64,000 nucleotides of DNA from Azolla caroliniana (Eukaryota > Plantae > Polypodiophyta). The stretch covers positions 14,632,001-14,696,000 of the forward strand of contig JBHGNT010000015.1 of assembly GCA_043228905.1 (NCBI GenBank). Direction: 5' to 3'. Shown here in pieces: positions 12,886 through 25,713 of this stretch (position 1 is the stretch's first letter; each line of letters opens with the position of its first letter). The notes beneath the pieces are model-generated. The model ran no database searches and was not told where the DNA came from. It was given only the letters and a program-made list of their open reading frames with translations. Made by a program: the position numbers and the translations under genes.

Positions 12886-15041
12886 TAGGTTGCCTATTCG
12901 TATATTATGGAAGAAAGATAAAAAATGGATATTGAACCCACATCCAAATGATGTTAACAATCTCTCTGATTTATGGGTCTATGAGACTAAGCCCATTGAT
13001 GGCCTTTTGTGGGATCCTGGTGAGTGGAAATGGCAAATCAGATCAGCGCAAGGAATGTTAGGTAAGCAAATCCCATTTTTTCAGTATTCAGTAAAAATGG
13101 GTAGAGAAATGCTAAGGAGAGGTGTGATTGTTACACCAGCAACTTGTAATTTTTGGAGATTTGGTAATGTAACAGATTCTTGGTTGAATGCTTATTGGAA
13201 ATGGTTATGGGCCATGCAAATTCCTAAAAAGGTTGTGTTATTTAGATGGTTGTTGACACATTATGGCATTCTTGTGAAGTCATGGATGCGAGGACATTGT
13301 CAGGATTTAAAATGTGACAGTTGTGGTTCACCCATTGAATCGGTTTACCATGTTTTATGGATATGTCCTATTGCTAGAGTAGTTTGGAAAAGAATGTTGA
13401 GAATGTTATATCCTATTTATGGTAGGCAGGTGTACACATGGGGTTTTGTGAGATGGGGAAGATTGGCTAAAGAAATGCAAAACTATGAAAAGGAGTATGG
13501 CGATTTCCTTCTCCTCTCCGATCGAAGATATGTATTGGAGGTCTCTGATATTACATCAGTCCGTTGTTTGGAAGAGGATATGGTCTGGTCTACGATATCT
13601 TCTCTAGTCATTTGGGTATTGTGGAAAGCTAGATGTAAATGTGTATTTCAGAAAGTTAAACAGAATGTAGTTGAGTTAATCGAAGAGGTATGGTTAATGC
13701 TCGTACACACTTTAAGAGGTCAATATGATGCAATACAGTAACCATTCGGTTAAGTGCGTGCCCACTTAAGTGCACCATTCTATTAAGTGCGCTTTTTTAT
13801 AGAGGTCAAAATCATGATCAAAAAAATTACATTGTTCATGATGAAACTACATAAGAAAGGAGTTTCTAACAAAAGAAAAATTTAAAAGAATTTGTTACGT
13901 GATGGTGGGTGGGGTCTCCTGGAAATGCAAGGAAAAAAGAACCAAATCTCAGAATTGGTCTCTCCCGTCGTAGCGTTTGTGTGTGTGTTATGTGTTGTAT
14001 GTGTGCATGTAGAATTGTGAGTAGGTAATTTTGATTCTCGTTAAAGAAAATAAACTTTCCTACTTAACCCAATTATCCATTTCCTTTTCCGTATTCATTC
14101 AATCTTAATTATGTTTCTTTCTTTCTCTCCCTCCCTCACTTTCTTAATTTTGTTTCTTTATCTCCATCTCTCCTCCTCCCACCACCATCGTCGCCACCTC
14201 CTCCTGTCACCGCCTTCGTTCATTCTTAATTTTCTCCTTCTTTCTTTCACTCCCTCACTCCTTCCTCCCTCTCTTTCTCTTTCTGTACATCTCGTTTATT
14301 TTCTTTCTGTTCCAGCCTATGCTTTCTCCGTTGCTCCTCCTCTCTCTTTTCCAGTTTCCTCCATCTCCATCTCTACTACGATTCCTCAAACCTCCCACCA
14401 CTAGGAAGAGAATGCAAAGAAAAATCTAATCATATCCAAGGAAGTTCATTAGGTAGGCCTAGCAAAAAGGCAAAAACTCAAGGTAATATGGAATCGGGAA
14501 AAAGTGATATCCAACAAGAGTATGCTGAAACCATAAACATTTCAGGTCAATTATATCACGTTAATCAATCACTTTTCTAATGAAGAAACATATGATATGA
14601 ACAAAGAAGGGGGAAATTTCAAGAAACCCTAAAAAATTTCAAAAAGCCCCAAATTTTTTCAGAAAACCCCTAAATGCGCAGCTCGGTTAAGTGCGCACTT
14701 CACCCATGCGTTCAAAGTGCGAACTTAACCGAATGGTTACTGTAACTGGTGAGCCCGAGGTTGTGATTCGGAGACAACAACAGTTTAGAGAAATTTGGAA
14801 AAATGTTGATGTCTTTGTCTCTTTTGGAGAAAGAATAAAGTGGAGATATGCTCCACCAAGATGGCTTTTTCCACCCCCCGTCTTGGAACAACCTTCATGA
14901 GGGCTTTTGATACTTGACATGTTGGTTGATGTGGATATGAGGGTTGTAATATATTGTATGAACTCGTTGTAGCCTTTCGACATCTTTCCATTAATACCAA
15001 GGTGAACTTTCTTTTAAAAAAAAAAGAAAAAAAGAAAAAGA
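12886..15041 (+). mobile_element. 5'-truncated L1/Tx1-like LINE (zf-RVT C-terminus, poly-A tail) inserted in the Bianca RNase H
   Basis: ORF 12890-13741 has IPKKVVLFRWLL...CDSC...ESVYHVLWIC. The frame resumes after the MITE (WRYAPPRWLFPPP). A-rich tail at 15016-15041. Confidence 0.88.
13736..14742. mobile_element. Non-autonomous Tc1/mariner (pogo-like) element / MITE, 1007 bp
   Basis: Perfect 20-bp TIR CAGTAACCATTCGGTTAAGT and TA duplication (13734-35, 14743-44). Removing it restores the LINE frame ...YDAITGEPEVV... Confidence 0.93.
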
Positions 15042-17948
15042 AAATTTGAAGATATTATAGCTAATGTTTGCTTTGTCAATCGCCAAGAGATTGTTGTGCC
15101 ACCAACAAGGAAAACATATCCTGTTTGTGATCTGCCAACATGAGGGTCAGATAAGAACCCAACGTTAGAATAACCGGTCAATTGACCGTGCATAGAATCG
15201 TTGGTAAAGAAAAGACCCATATCTTTAGTGCCTCGTAAATATCAGAAAATCTGCTTAAAATTCCAGTCCAATGTCTCCTGGTAGGATCGTGACTATATCG
15301 AGCCAACAAATTGACAACGAACGAAATGTCCGGATGCGTACAATTGGCCAAGTACATAAGTGCACCAACAACAACCATGTAATGATACTGTGGTCCCAAT
15401 GTTGACTCGTTAGAAGATCTTGGCCGAAATGGGTCATGAGAAGGATCCAAAGAGCGTACTACCATAGGAGTTCTAGTAGAATGAGCTTGATACATAGAAA
15501 ACCATTTTAATATTTTATGGATATCAAAGCTCTGATGAAGATGAATTCCATTAGATAGGTGCTCGATATGAAGACCCAAGCAGAATGTAGTTAAACTGAG
15601 GTCTTTCATTTCAAATTGGCATCTAAGCATAACAACAACATCTTAAATAGCATTGGATGTTCCAATAATATTGAGATCATCAACATAAATAGCAATGATA
15701 ACAAATTCTTTGAGATAATGATTGATAAATATACAAGGACAAATATCATCATTCTTAAATCCACAAGAAAGATGTTGATACCACATACGACCAACTTGTT
15801 TAAGTCCATAAAGTGACTTACATAACTTGATCGATGGATTGAGAAATTTTCCAAGCTGCATAGATTTGCAAAGTTCTTTAGGTATCTTCATGTATATACC
15901 TTTATCCAAATCACTATAAAGATAAGTTGTAATCACATCCATGAGACGCATATGAAGACTTCGATGAACAGTAAAATGAATCAACCAACAAAAACTTGTT
16001 GCATCCATAACCGGAGAATATGTATAAGTATAATCAATACCAGATTGTTATGTGAAACCTTGAGCAACAAACCTTGCCTTATAACGAATGAATTCTCCTT
16101 TATCATTACGCTTCCGCACAAAAACCCAACAATAGCCAATGGGTGTGTGACCAATAGGCGTCTCTTGAATTTGACCAAAAACGCCTCGTTTGAGAAGACT
16201 ATTTAGCTCAATTTGAATAGCTTCTTTTCACTTATCCCAAAAAGGCATCATATCATGTTTACTCTCCCCATCAACTTATGACAACAACTTTCGTGAACGA
16301 ATCGGAGAAGTTGTGTTGCATGAAGTATTGCATATCCCCATGTTGAACCAGGCAAATTTGATTTGAGAAGAATTGGCCGCACAATTACTTGGATTTGTTT
16401 AATCAAAGATTCAGCCATAGCATTTTTAGTGTGAACATGAGGAGTTGAAACTTCAAAATTAATACCAATAGATTTGCAATAACAAATAAAGGTTGTTGAC
16501 GTAAACTCGGCAACGTTGTCCATCCGAATCAACTTAATTGGAAAATTTGGGAATTGAGCGCGCAACTTCATGCTAAGGATGAGGATTCGAGGCAACACCA
16601 TGTTGCGAGTAGAAAGAAGTGTGACGTGAGAAAAATGCGACGAAGCATCTTTGACTCCCATGAAGTAATAAATGGTCCAGAAGGAGGGTGCATTGGTCCA
16701 TGGATATCACCATGTATATGCTCCAAACATTTTGGTGACTCATACCGTTCCTCATGCAAAGAAGGACGAATCACAAGCTTTCCTTATGCACATGGAACAC
16801 AAAAACGAGTTTTAACTCGATTCAAGTATTCCAACTTTAAAGGTAGATCTTGAACATTATTGATCATTCTCCTAATCATTGTATTGCCACAATCATGCTA
16901 GAGATCCATTATATTAGTATTGACCTTCGAGGAAATATTGGAGTAGTGGGCAAATGAAGCCATGCGGATCTTCGGGGCTTTAAGGTTGAAACAATACAAT
17001 TGGTTTGTGGTTTGGTAAGACCTTGAACACATTAATAACTTGGGTAGTATTTGACAGGTGCGTGACAACTCGCATTGTCTCTTTCCCATCTTGTTCCCAT
17101 GTCATGAGGTGGTATCCATTGCGTCACACATTTACAAATGCAAGAAGATTTCTTAGTGAGGTATGCGCATAGATAGCATCATGTATTTCCAAGAAAACAC
17201 CACTTGGAAGTTGGATAGTGGCGGGACCTCTTCCTTGTCCAATACAAGAACGAGCTATAGTCTTGATGTCAAAAGGGGCTTGGTCTTTAACATGATGAAA
17301 TAATTCTTTATGACATAGAATAGTGTGTTGAGGCACAATCAATAAGACAAAGAAAACGACAAGTATTTGCCCAATGCCGTCGTAAACCACATCGAAGACA
17401 TGAATTCGATGAAGGCTTATCTTTACTTGACTTTGATTGACGATGCATTGCCTTGACTTGATTACTTGTGGGATATTGATTCCTTTGTTGATTTCTTCCT
17501 ACTCTTCCTCTTCCTCTTCCTCGACTGTGTGCATATTGGTATTGATGACGATATTGTCGTCTAGAATAATTACTCTCGACGTGCATCAAATCCTTGAATT
17601 GTAGAGGAGCCGCATGTTGACTAACCGGATGAAGTTTGTCGTTCTTGAGGAGAACTTAATGGTGTTGCTCAATGACAAGAAGTGCAAATAAAAGTTCAGC
17701 ATAGGTTTTAAAAAAACGATTACGATATTGTTCAAAAAGATTAAAATTTGAGGGATGAAAAGTTGTTACTGTTTTGTTGATTAGATTCGCCTCTTGAACA
17801 AGGTCGTCATGATCGAAAAATTTAAGTTTAGAAATGATACCAAATAGTGAGCAATTATATTCAGCAACTATCTTGAAATCTTGAAAACGAAATTGATTCC
17901 ATTCATGCAAAGTGTTGGGGCTGAGAACAGTTCGTTGATGATCAATGT

Positions 17949-19646
17949 TGTCACGATACAATGACATAAAATATATAATTAATAAGGATTGAACTTGCAA
18001 CCTCACATCAACAATACATCATGCTCAACCATCTTGATATGAGCATTGTATAAGATATATTTGATCTACATATCATTGTATAAGATGTACATGATCTAGA
18101 TATACTCTCCAAACATCTAGAAAATTCCAAGGTTCTAGAAGGTTCTAGAATATTCTTCAAAATATTCTAGTGCATGTACTTCAACTTAGAGTATAAATAC
18201 TTGTCACCATCTTCGTCCCTTTCAAGGGATTCAACGCTTGTCATTGACACATCAATCTAGTTTCGCCTCATATTGTCTCCTTGATATTCATCTTTGTCTT
18301 CATTCTCTCATGTCACTGACAACATCTAGAGTTCCTAGCCTCGTCACATCTAGCTCCAAGTTCGTCCGTCGGGCGTAGCCTCATCATTTGTGCTCCATCG
18401 TAGTCTAGGGTTGGTGTGTTCGTGATAGTGCAACCATGTGCGTTCCTCACCGGAGACATGAACACCAATAGGCGTGAGCGACCATGTACGGTCCTCACTG
18501 GAGATGCAAACATCAAAGGGCGTGAGTGACCATGTGTGGTCCTCACCGGAGACACGAACACCAATGAATGTGAGCGACCTTGCACGGTCCTCACCCGGAA
18601 CTGGAACACTTGATGACAATGCCAATTAGGCAAAGTAGTGTTGATAACGACAACAAGAGGGTTGGAGATGATGATGTTGAAGACGAAGCAATGAAGGCAA
18701 TGACGTTGACGAAGCGACTTTGGAAGCAACAACTTTGACTATGGCAATGATGGAAGCGGAGAAAGAGATGAAGAGGATAAGAAACATAGAGATCGAGATG
18801 TTGAGGTTCTGAAGAAACACAAAGACACATATACAATGGATGATAGAAAACACAAAGATAGGGATGAAGGTGATAGGAAACGCAAAGAAAGTGACGAAGA
18901 TAATAAGAAACACATAGATAGAGATGAAAACAGTAGGAAACACAAGGAGAAGGATGACAATGATAAAAAAAGCAAAGATTGGGATGTGGAAGATGATAAT
19001 AACTGTAGAGATAGAGATGATGATGAGAAGAAACTAGGAGATAGGGATGTTGATGATGGTAACTCTAGAACCAATGACGGTGATGATGGTAACTCTAGAA
19101 GCAAGGGCGATGACGAAGACGGGTAATGCTTCTATTTGGAAGGGATTCAAATTGTCACGGACACACCAACGCTAGACTATGACAAGGCTATGATCGAGAA
19201 GGTTACGAACGTGGAACTCGACGTGATGAGGCTAGAAACTCGGGAAGTTGGGAGCGATGAGATGAGGAACTTAAGACACAAGGAACCATACAAGAGCATA
19301 AAGACAAAGATGTAAATCAAGGAGAGAAGATGGGGCTAAACAAGAATACTAGATTGATGTGTCTATGATGGTGTTGAATCCCTTGAAAAGGACCAAGGAG
19401 GTTACAAGTATTTATACTGTGAGTCGAAGTACATGCATTAGAATATTTTGGAGAATATTCAAGAGAATATTTTAGAACTTTCTAAAAACTCCTAGAACTT
19501 GAAATAGATAATCTACTAATAATCTATTAAGATATACATAACATGACCATATATTTGGATGTGTTTGTTAGAACACAACACTTGACTACGTATGTCAAGA
19601 GGTCAAGAGTTCAAATCTTGACATGACTGTTGTCATGTCTGTGACA
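17949..19646. mobile_element. Insertion bounded by two inverted LTR-like arms (17949-18427, 19153-19646) around a tandem-repeat core
   Basis: The arms are reverse-complement homologues (e.g. TGCATGTACTTC..GTATAAATACTTGT..TTTCAAGGGATTCAAC..GACACATCAATCTAGT). Host gag reads LKDRF | DHQRTVL across the insert. Confidence 0.8.
18433..19126 (+). repeat. 51-bp tandem array (~18433-18600) followed by a ~30-bp array encoding a D/K/R-rich peptide
   Basis: GACCATGT..GGTCCTCACCGGAGAC units. ORF 18836-19126 shows 10-aa periodicity (DDRKHKDRDE). Confidence 0.75.
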
Positions 19647-20122
19647 AAAGCGGTCTTTGAGTTGCTTCCAAAGAGTTGATGGATTCTTGATGGAGAAGTA
19701 TTGATTCTAAAGGCTTACATCAAGGTGATGATGGATGAAGATGAACGCTTCCGCTCCCATCTTCCTAGTATTTGAGTTCTTTGCATCATTAAAATGATCA
19801 CTTATCATATGAAGGAGATCTTTCGCCGTGAGATGGCCTTCGAGATGAACCATGCAAGTCATATAATTGTACCCATCATACGCAAGTGGCGGGAATAAGC
19901 ATTTCTCTATTTGTAGAGTATGAGAAGTCATGTTAATGGTAACAATAAGGTAGATTTGTATAAGAGAATAATTAATTGCTATGGTAGAGGTTAATCGTGC
20001 TGATAATGTGTTATAGAAGAGACTATTAAGCAAGATCAATGAGTGATTAAATATTAATCAAGATTACTAATCACATATCAATATAATCTCTAGATAGAGC
20101 TCATAGGCTATGTTCTTCTCTA

Positions 20123-22990
20123 GCAATGAAAAAGATCCGGACCAATTTGGGAAGTTACTCCTACAAATGTGCAATAGTACCGGATTGCTTATTGCAAATG
20201 GTATTTCCTTATGGCCCAAAACTAATGGTTTTACATGTAGAAAACACAACGGAAATAGTGTGATTGACTATGTGCTACTTTCCGAAGGTATTTTGGATCG
20301 TATACATAAATTCTCACTTGGTGAATGGACACCAGAATCCGATCATAGGCCTTTATGTATTGATCTCAAATGTATGCATAGGTTTGATTGTGAGAAGGCT
20401 ATTGAAGAGAATAAACAACCACACTTGAGCATGAACCTTAAGCAAGCACCCATGTATTCCAAGATGGTTCAGGATATGTTACAAATGACAAAGATACAAC
20501 ATGGTGCTACACTAGAATGCAAATGGGAAGCTTTCAAGAAAGTCATTCTCTCATGTACAAACAAATGTTTTTCGACCAACCACACATCTTGGAAATGCAC
20601 CAAGAAACTTAGGAAAAAATGGTTTGATAAAGAATGTTGTGAAGCTCGAAAGTGCCTTATGGTTTTGGATGTAGTTAAGGATAAAGAGAATTACCAAAAG
20701 CATTTGCATGAGTATAAAAGGCTTATTCAAAGAAAGAGAAGAATATGGGAAGTTACTCAACAATTTATCCAAACGCAAGAGAAAGCACATGCATGTGCTA
20801 AATTTTGGGGAAATCTAAAGGGGAAACGTGTTGAGAGTTATGGTGACTTAACTCTTCACGACTTATCTATGCATTGTAAGAATTTATATGAGTTATCTCT
20901 TGCTGGAAAGATGATGTGTTATGGTTCTCTTTCACATATGCCTCCTTTCTTTACACTTGAAGATATATGCATAGGACTTAAGAAATTGGCCTCTCGAAAG
21001 GCATGCGATCTTCAATGTATAAAGGCTGAAATGCTCAAATGGACGGGAAAGGAAGCACATATATGGATAAGCGATATGTTTAATGATGCATTGCAACATG
21101 GTATGTCGTACGATTGGACTACAAATTGGATCAAACCTTTACATAAAGGTGGAGATATAAATAATGTAAACAACTATCGAACCATCATGGTTGGCTCATT
21201 AATGGCAAAACTATTTGGATGTATAATGGAATCAAAGATAAGTGTATGGGGTGAAAAAAGTGGTAAGAGGGCTTATGGACAAGCTGGCTTTCGGAAACAC
21301 CATATCACCATTGATCACCTTATCACCCTTCGAGTATTAATGGAGGAAAGTCGCCTTAGAGGTAAAGGTTTATATTGTTGCTTTGTAGACTTTCAAGAAA
21401 GCTTTTGATATGGTACCTCGTGAGCATCTTTGGAGGTGAATGGAAGAACTTGAGGTGCCAAGTGAATATATGCTTGCAATTTCTCGAATTTATGAGAAGG
21501 TTATATGTTGTGTGCGCATGAGAGATAAACTTTCAAAAAATTTCAAAAGCACTATTGGTGTTAAGCAAGGATGCCCACTCTCACCAACACTATTTGGTCT
21601 ATGCATTGATGAATTGGAAGAAATGGTTACCAAGTTTGCAAAGGAAGAATGTTTTGAAGAAGTTGCCATTGGGAATGTTGTGATTATGCTTTTGCTATAT
21701 GCAGATGATGTAGTGCTTTTTGCAAATACTTTAGGAGATGCACAAAAGCTTATGAAGGCATTGGAAAAAATTTGCATGCATACTAAATTAAGTGTCAATA
21801 GCTCTAAAACAAAGATTATGCTTGTGAAGAGCCAAAAAAGAGATAAACCATGCATTATGTAGAACAATGAGCCACTTGAATGTGTGGAAAGCTTCAAATA
21901 TCTTGGCCTTGAAGTTCCTTCAAATCATAGATGGAATGAATGTGCTACACGCTACTTAGAGGCGGGCAAGCGAGCATACTATGCATTTGAGAACACATGC
22001 AATCTTGGAGATATTAAGTGTTGGGTCCTCAAGAAATATCTTTTCGACACTTTGGTGACACCGGTTCTTCTCTATGGGGTGGAAGTATGGGGCGGTAGTA
22101 TCCTTAAATCTATGTGGAAAGAGTTTGAAAATGTCCAAAAGCATTTTCTTACCAAGTTTCTACAAGTTAAGAAACAAACGCCCTACACCCTCCTCCTCCT
22201 TGAGACGGGATCACTTCCCATTGAGATTATGGCCATGGAAAGGGTTGTTAAATACATGCTTAAGGTTCAAAAAAGCCCCTCATATCGACTTCCTAGAATT
22301 GCGTGGGAAGCAAGCAAAAAAATCCAAAAGACGCATAAAAGCAAAATTTTGTGTTCCGTTTGGATGCAAGATATAGAAAAATGGTTTGGTAGATGGGATG
22401 TGAGAAACTTGCTTCATGATGCATCATTAGATTCCTCTGTAAATGAGGCATTTTTGCAACGCCAATGTATCATGACATGGGACAAATGTGGAGGCTCACG
22501 CTTCACACATTATACTACACATGTTGCACCTAACTACAAAACCATATTCTTTACGGAACGGGGAAATCGTACACATCCATACATGTTAGATCCCATACCG
22601 TTATCTGCCATTCGAACTATTGCTTCCATGCGACTTAGCTCACATGCATTGCGATGTGAAACAGGGCGTTGGGGTACAAGTGATGAGACTGGTCGGCTAT
22701 GCACACTTTGCCCTAAACAAGTTCGCGAGTCTGAGTATCACACTTTGATACAATGCTCTGCCTTTGATCATATTCGACCATGCTTTCCACATCTCTTCGA
22801 TCGAGCCCAATCTTTGCATGAATTCCTCTCACAACCACAATGTGCACTCTCGATTTCAACATTCATTGGTAAAGTTCTTGAACATCGAGAGTCACTACTC
22901 ACTTTCACACGTATCACGTGAAATGTAATAGTCTCATAGGTCATATTTGACCTCCGAAGACGATAATATAATCTATGTATCTATCTATCT
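20123..22990 (+). mobile_element. RTE-X-like LINE, 5'-truncated, nearly intact ORF2 (APE C-terminus, RT, zinc-finger end)
   Basis: SVIDY...SDHRPL, NNYRTI, QAGFR, KQGCPLSP, LLYADD, FKYLG, RLSSHALRCETGRW...CTLC...ESEYHTLIQC. One frameshift (~21395) and two stops. (CTAT)n tail at 22970-22990. Confidence 0.92.
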
Positions 22991-23097
22991 CACTCTCTGC
23001 ATCTCTCCCTCTCTTCTTTCTCACATTCGAACCCCCTTGGGAGGGGGGTGGAGCTGATCTTGGCTCCACCCCCCACCCATAAACACATGGCACGCCC
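22991..23097 (+). mobile_element. 3' part of an LTR (same family as 4978-5284) followed by a PBS-like site
   Basis: AACCCCCTTGGGAGGGGGGTGGA...CCCACCCATAAACA, then TGGCACGCCC at 23088 (tRNA-Arg-like). Confidence 0.65.
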
Positions 23098-24159
23098 TAC
23101 GGCCTACCCCCCCTTGAGAAGAAGTCTCTCTCCTTCTCCTTCTCCATCACTAATGTCTCTCTCTCTCCTTCACTGCGTGTTTGTGTCGTTGTGTTAAAAA
23201 GTGGTGTGTATGGACTCTCTATTGAGAGCCAATTTGTGATGGCAATGGCGATTTCTCTTTCTTTTATTTCTTATGTATCTGAGGCCTGATGGACATGGCC
23301 TTTCAACCTCCTCCCCCTTTCGTTACTTACTCTCTCTGCCAAAAAACCCTAGCCACCCCAGAGTTCGTCTCTATGTGTTTAGCTCTATACGTCTCTAGGT
23401 GTCTGTCTATGTTTATATGTGTGCATCTTTAGCCTTCTTCTCTCTTTACTGTGGATCTCCAAGTTAAACATGGAGGCTTTCAAAAAGAAGCTAGACACAG
23501 TCATGGGAGTGAATCGCAATGGAGACGTGGAAGTCGTGAAGAGGAAGTATTTTGTTCTTTTCCAATTCACGAAAAATGATGTTCAAAGATTTATCCCTTA
23601 CAAATATGAAAAGAATATGAGGAAGGAAAAGAGAAAGAGAACAAAACATAAATGTAATCCGAGTGCCGACCGAGCAAGTGTTGGCAGAGAGACGGCCTGG
23701 AAAGCAGATGAGAAGAGCTCGAGCCAACTGAGACAGCTAGGGAGTTCGGCCGAGACAACCGACCAAATAGGGTTGGCCCGACAGATGGTTTGGCAACTGT
23801 TGGACGAAGACGACCGGCATGCAATAGTCAACCAAACACAGAAATGGCCACAAATAAACCCAAACCAACCGAGTGATGGCCTAGAGTTGAGCACGGCCGA
23901 GAAGATGAGAGTACGACACGTCCGACAAATAACCAAGATGTAGCCAAGACCGGACAACGAGAGGACCGAGAAACAGCAGCGAGACAGCCAAAGTCCGGCA
24001 AGTGGCTGAAAAACACGGCCAAACTGAGAGTCGGCTAGTTGAACAACCGCTCAAACAGAACCGGCCACTGCAGAGAAACAATCGAGAGCACGACACAGCC
24101 GTGAAACGGCCGAGAGTACGACAAGGCCGAGAAATGCCTAAATTTCATAAAGGCAATCA

Positions 24160-25672
24160 ATGAAATTTTAAAAAATCAAGGAAGCACAGACCCCGACTCC
24201 TCCTGACAACAACCCTTTATACGCCAAAGGAGTCCATTTGTTAGATGGTCTTGTGGACGGCGAGATGAACTCGTTCCTGGATGAGCACCCAACGATAGTC
24301 CTTTCAGCCGTTGAACCCTACGTAGCCAACACCATTGATCACGAAGTTCCCCACGAACCCGACCAGGCGTCAATAAAAGAACTTCTACAAGCCTGTGACG
24401 CACTTGACCGCGAATTAGCAGTATTGTAGCATGTAAAAGCCTCCACCTTAGAAGAGGTCAACCTCGGCTCACCTTCCGAGCCACGTACCGTAAAAATTGC
24501 GAAAGACATGGAAACTAGCAACAAATCGGCCTTAATAGGATTGCTTACGGAGTATCGGGACGTGTTCGAGTGGTCCTACAACGACATGAAAGGCTTAGAT
24601 CCTCAGTACTACCAACACCAGATACACCTTCAAACGGGCGCATGACCAATTCAACAACGACGATACCGTATGAATTCCAACTATACGACGAAAGTAAAAG
24701 ACGAAATCGATAAACTACTACGCGTAGGATTCATCCGGCTGGTAAAAAGGGCCACATGCCTAAGTCCTATTGTGGTTGTCCCGAAAAAGAATGGACAAAT
24801 CCGGATTTGTGTGGATTACCGGAAAATGCCGTCACAACACGGATGCCTTCCCACTTCCATTCACCGACAACATCCTCGATACGGTGCCCGGCCACGATTG
24901 TTATAACTTCCTCGACGGTTTCAGTGGCTATAATCAAATTCGCATGCACCCGGATGATCAGGAGAAAACAGCCTTCAGAACAGAATGGGGTGTATTCGTG
25001 GCCGTGGTTATGATGTTCGACTTGAAAACAGCCCCTGCCACATTTCGACGCATAATCTCCGAAATCTTCGAGGACTTCATTCCAGACTTTATGCAAGTCT
25101 TCCTTGATGATTTTGCTATTTATGGACAACACGTGGAACACCTTGCGCAATTACAATTATGCCTCAAGAGATGTCGGCATGCATGACTCAGCCTCAATCC
25201 GGCCAAATGTGCTTTCCAAGTGACAAGCGGAGCTTTACTAGGTCATATTGTTAGTAAAGAGGGTATCGCTATGGACCCAGACAAGGTGCAAGCCATCTTG
25301 AATGCCCCGGCCCCCACTACAGCCAAAGCACCCAGCCGATATCTGGGCCAAATATGGTGGCATAGTCGTATGCTTTGATACCTTGCTGATTCCACGACCC
25401 CTTTTGAAGAGAAATGCACAGAATATCGCTCGGCCTCAACCGAGTAGTAAATCACTTCTATAAGAATCAAACACAAAAATGGGAAGTGGAGAGTACACAA
25501 GAAAATGACACAAGATGTTTACGTGGAAAACCCTAATAGGAAAAAACCACAAGAGCTCAGAGACTCCGAACTATCACTATGAAGAGAAGGGGTACAATCA
25601 GAGACTCGGAGGCAACGACCTCGAGCTCTGTTTCTTTGCACAGTGGCAGTTACAACAGAGTATCGCTCTGTA

Positions 25673-25713
<41 letters not shown>

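Larger units (their letters stand above)
12382..20122 (-). mobile_element. Ty1/copia Bianca-lineage retrotransposon, decayed, with nested insertions
   Basis: 3' LTR 12382-12637 with PPT GAGGAGGAG. Partial 5' LTR 20009-20122. Bianca-type PBS CATTATCAGCACGAT. Gag FPPLAYDGYNY and EWNQFRFQDFK; integrase 16248-16774; RT MRLMDVITTYLY and PMVVRSLDPSHDPFRP; RNase H DIFTKSLP. Confidence 0.9.

Noticed and set aside
18433-18600. 51-bp array as a CRISPR-like locus
   Set aside because: Units are contiguous degenerate tandem copies without unique spacers; eukaryotic context with no cas genes.
18836-19126. D/K/R-rich ORF as a host gene (dehydrin-like)
   Set aside because: It arises from a 30-bp minisatellite inside a mobile insertion and has no recognisable family motif.
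23419-23943. 174-aa ORF
   Set aside because: Low-complexity retroelement leader with repeated GGCCGAGA motifs; no domain signal.
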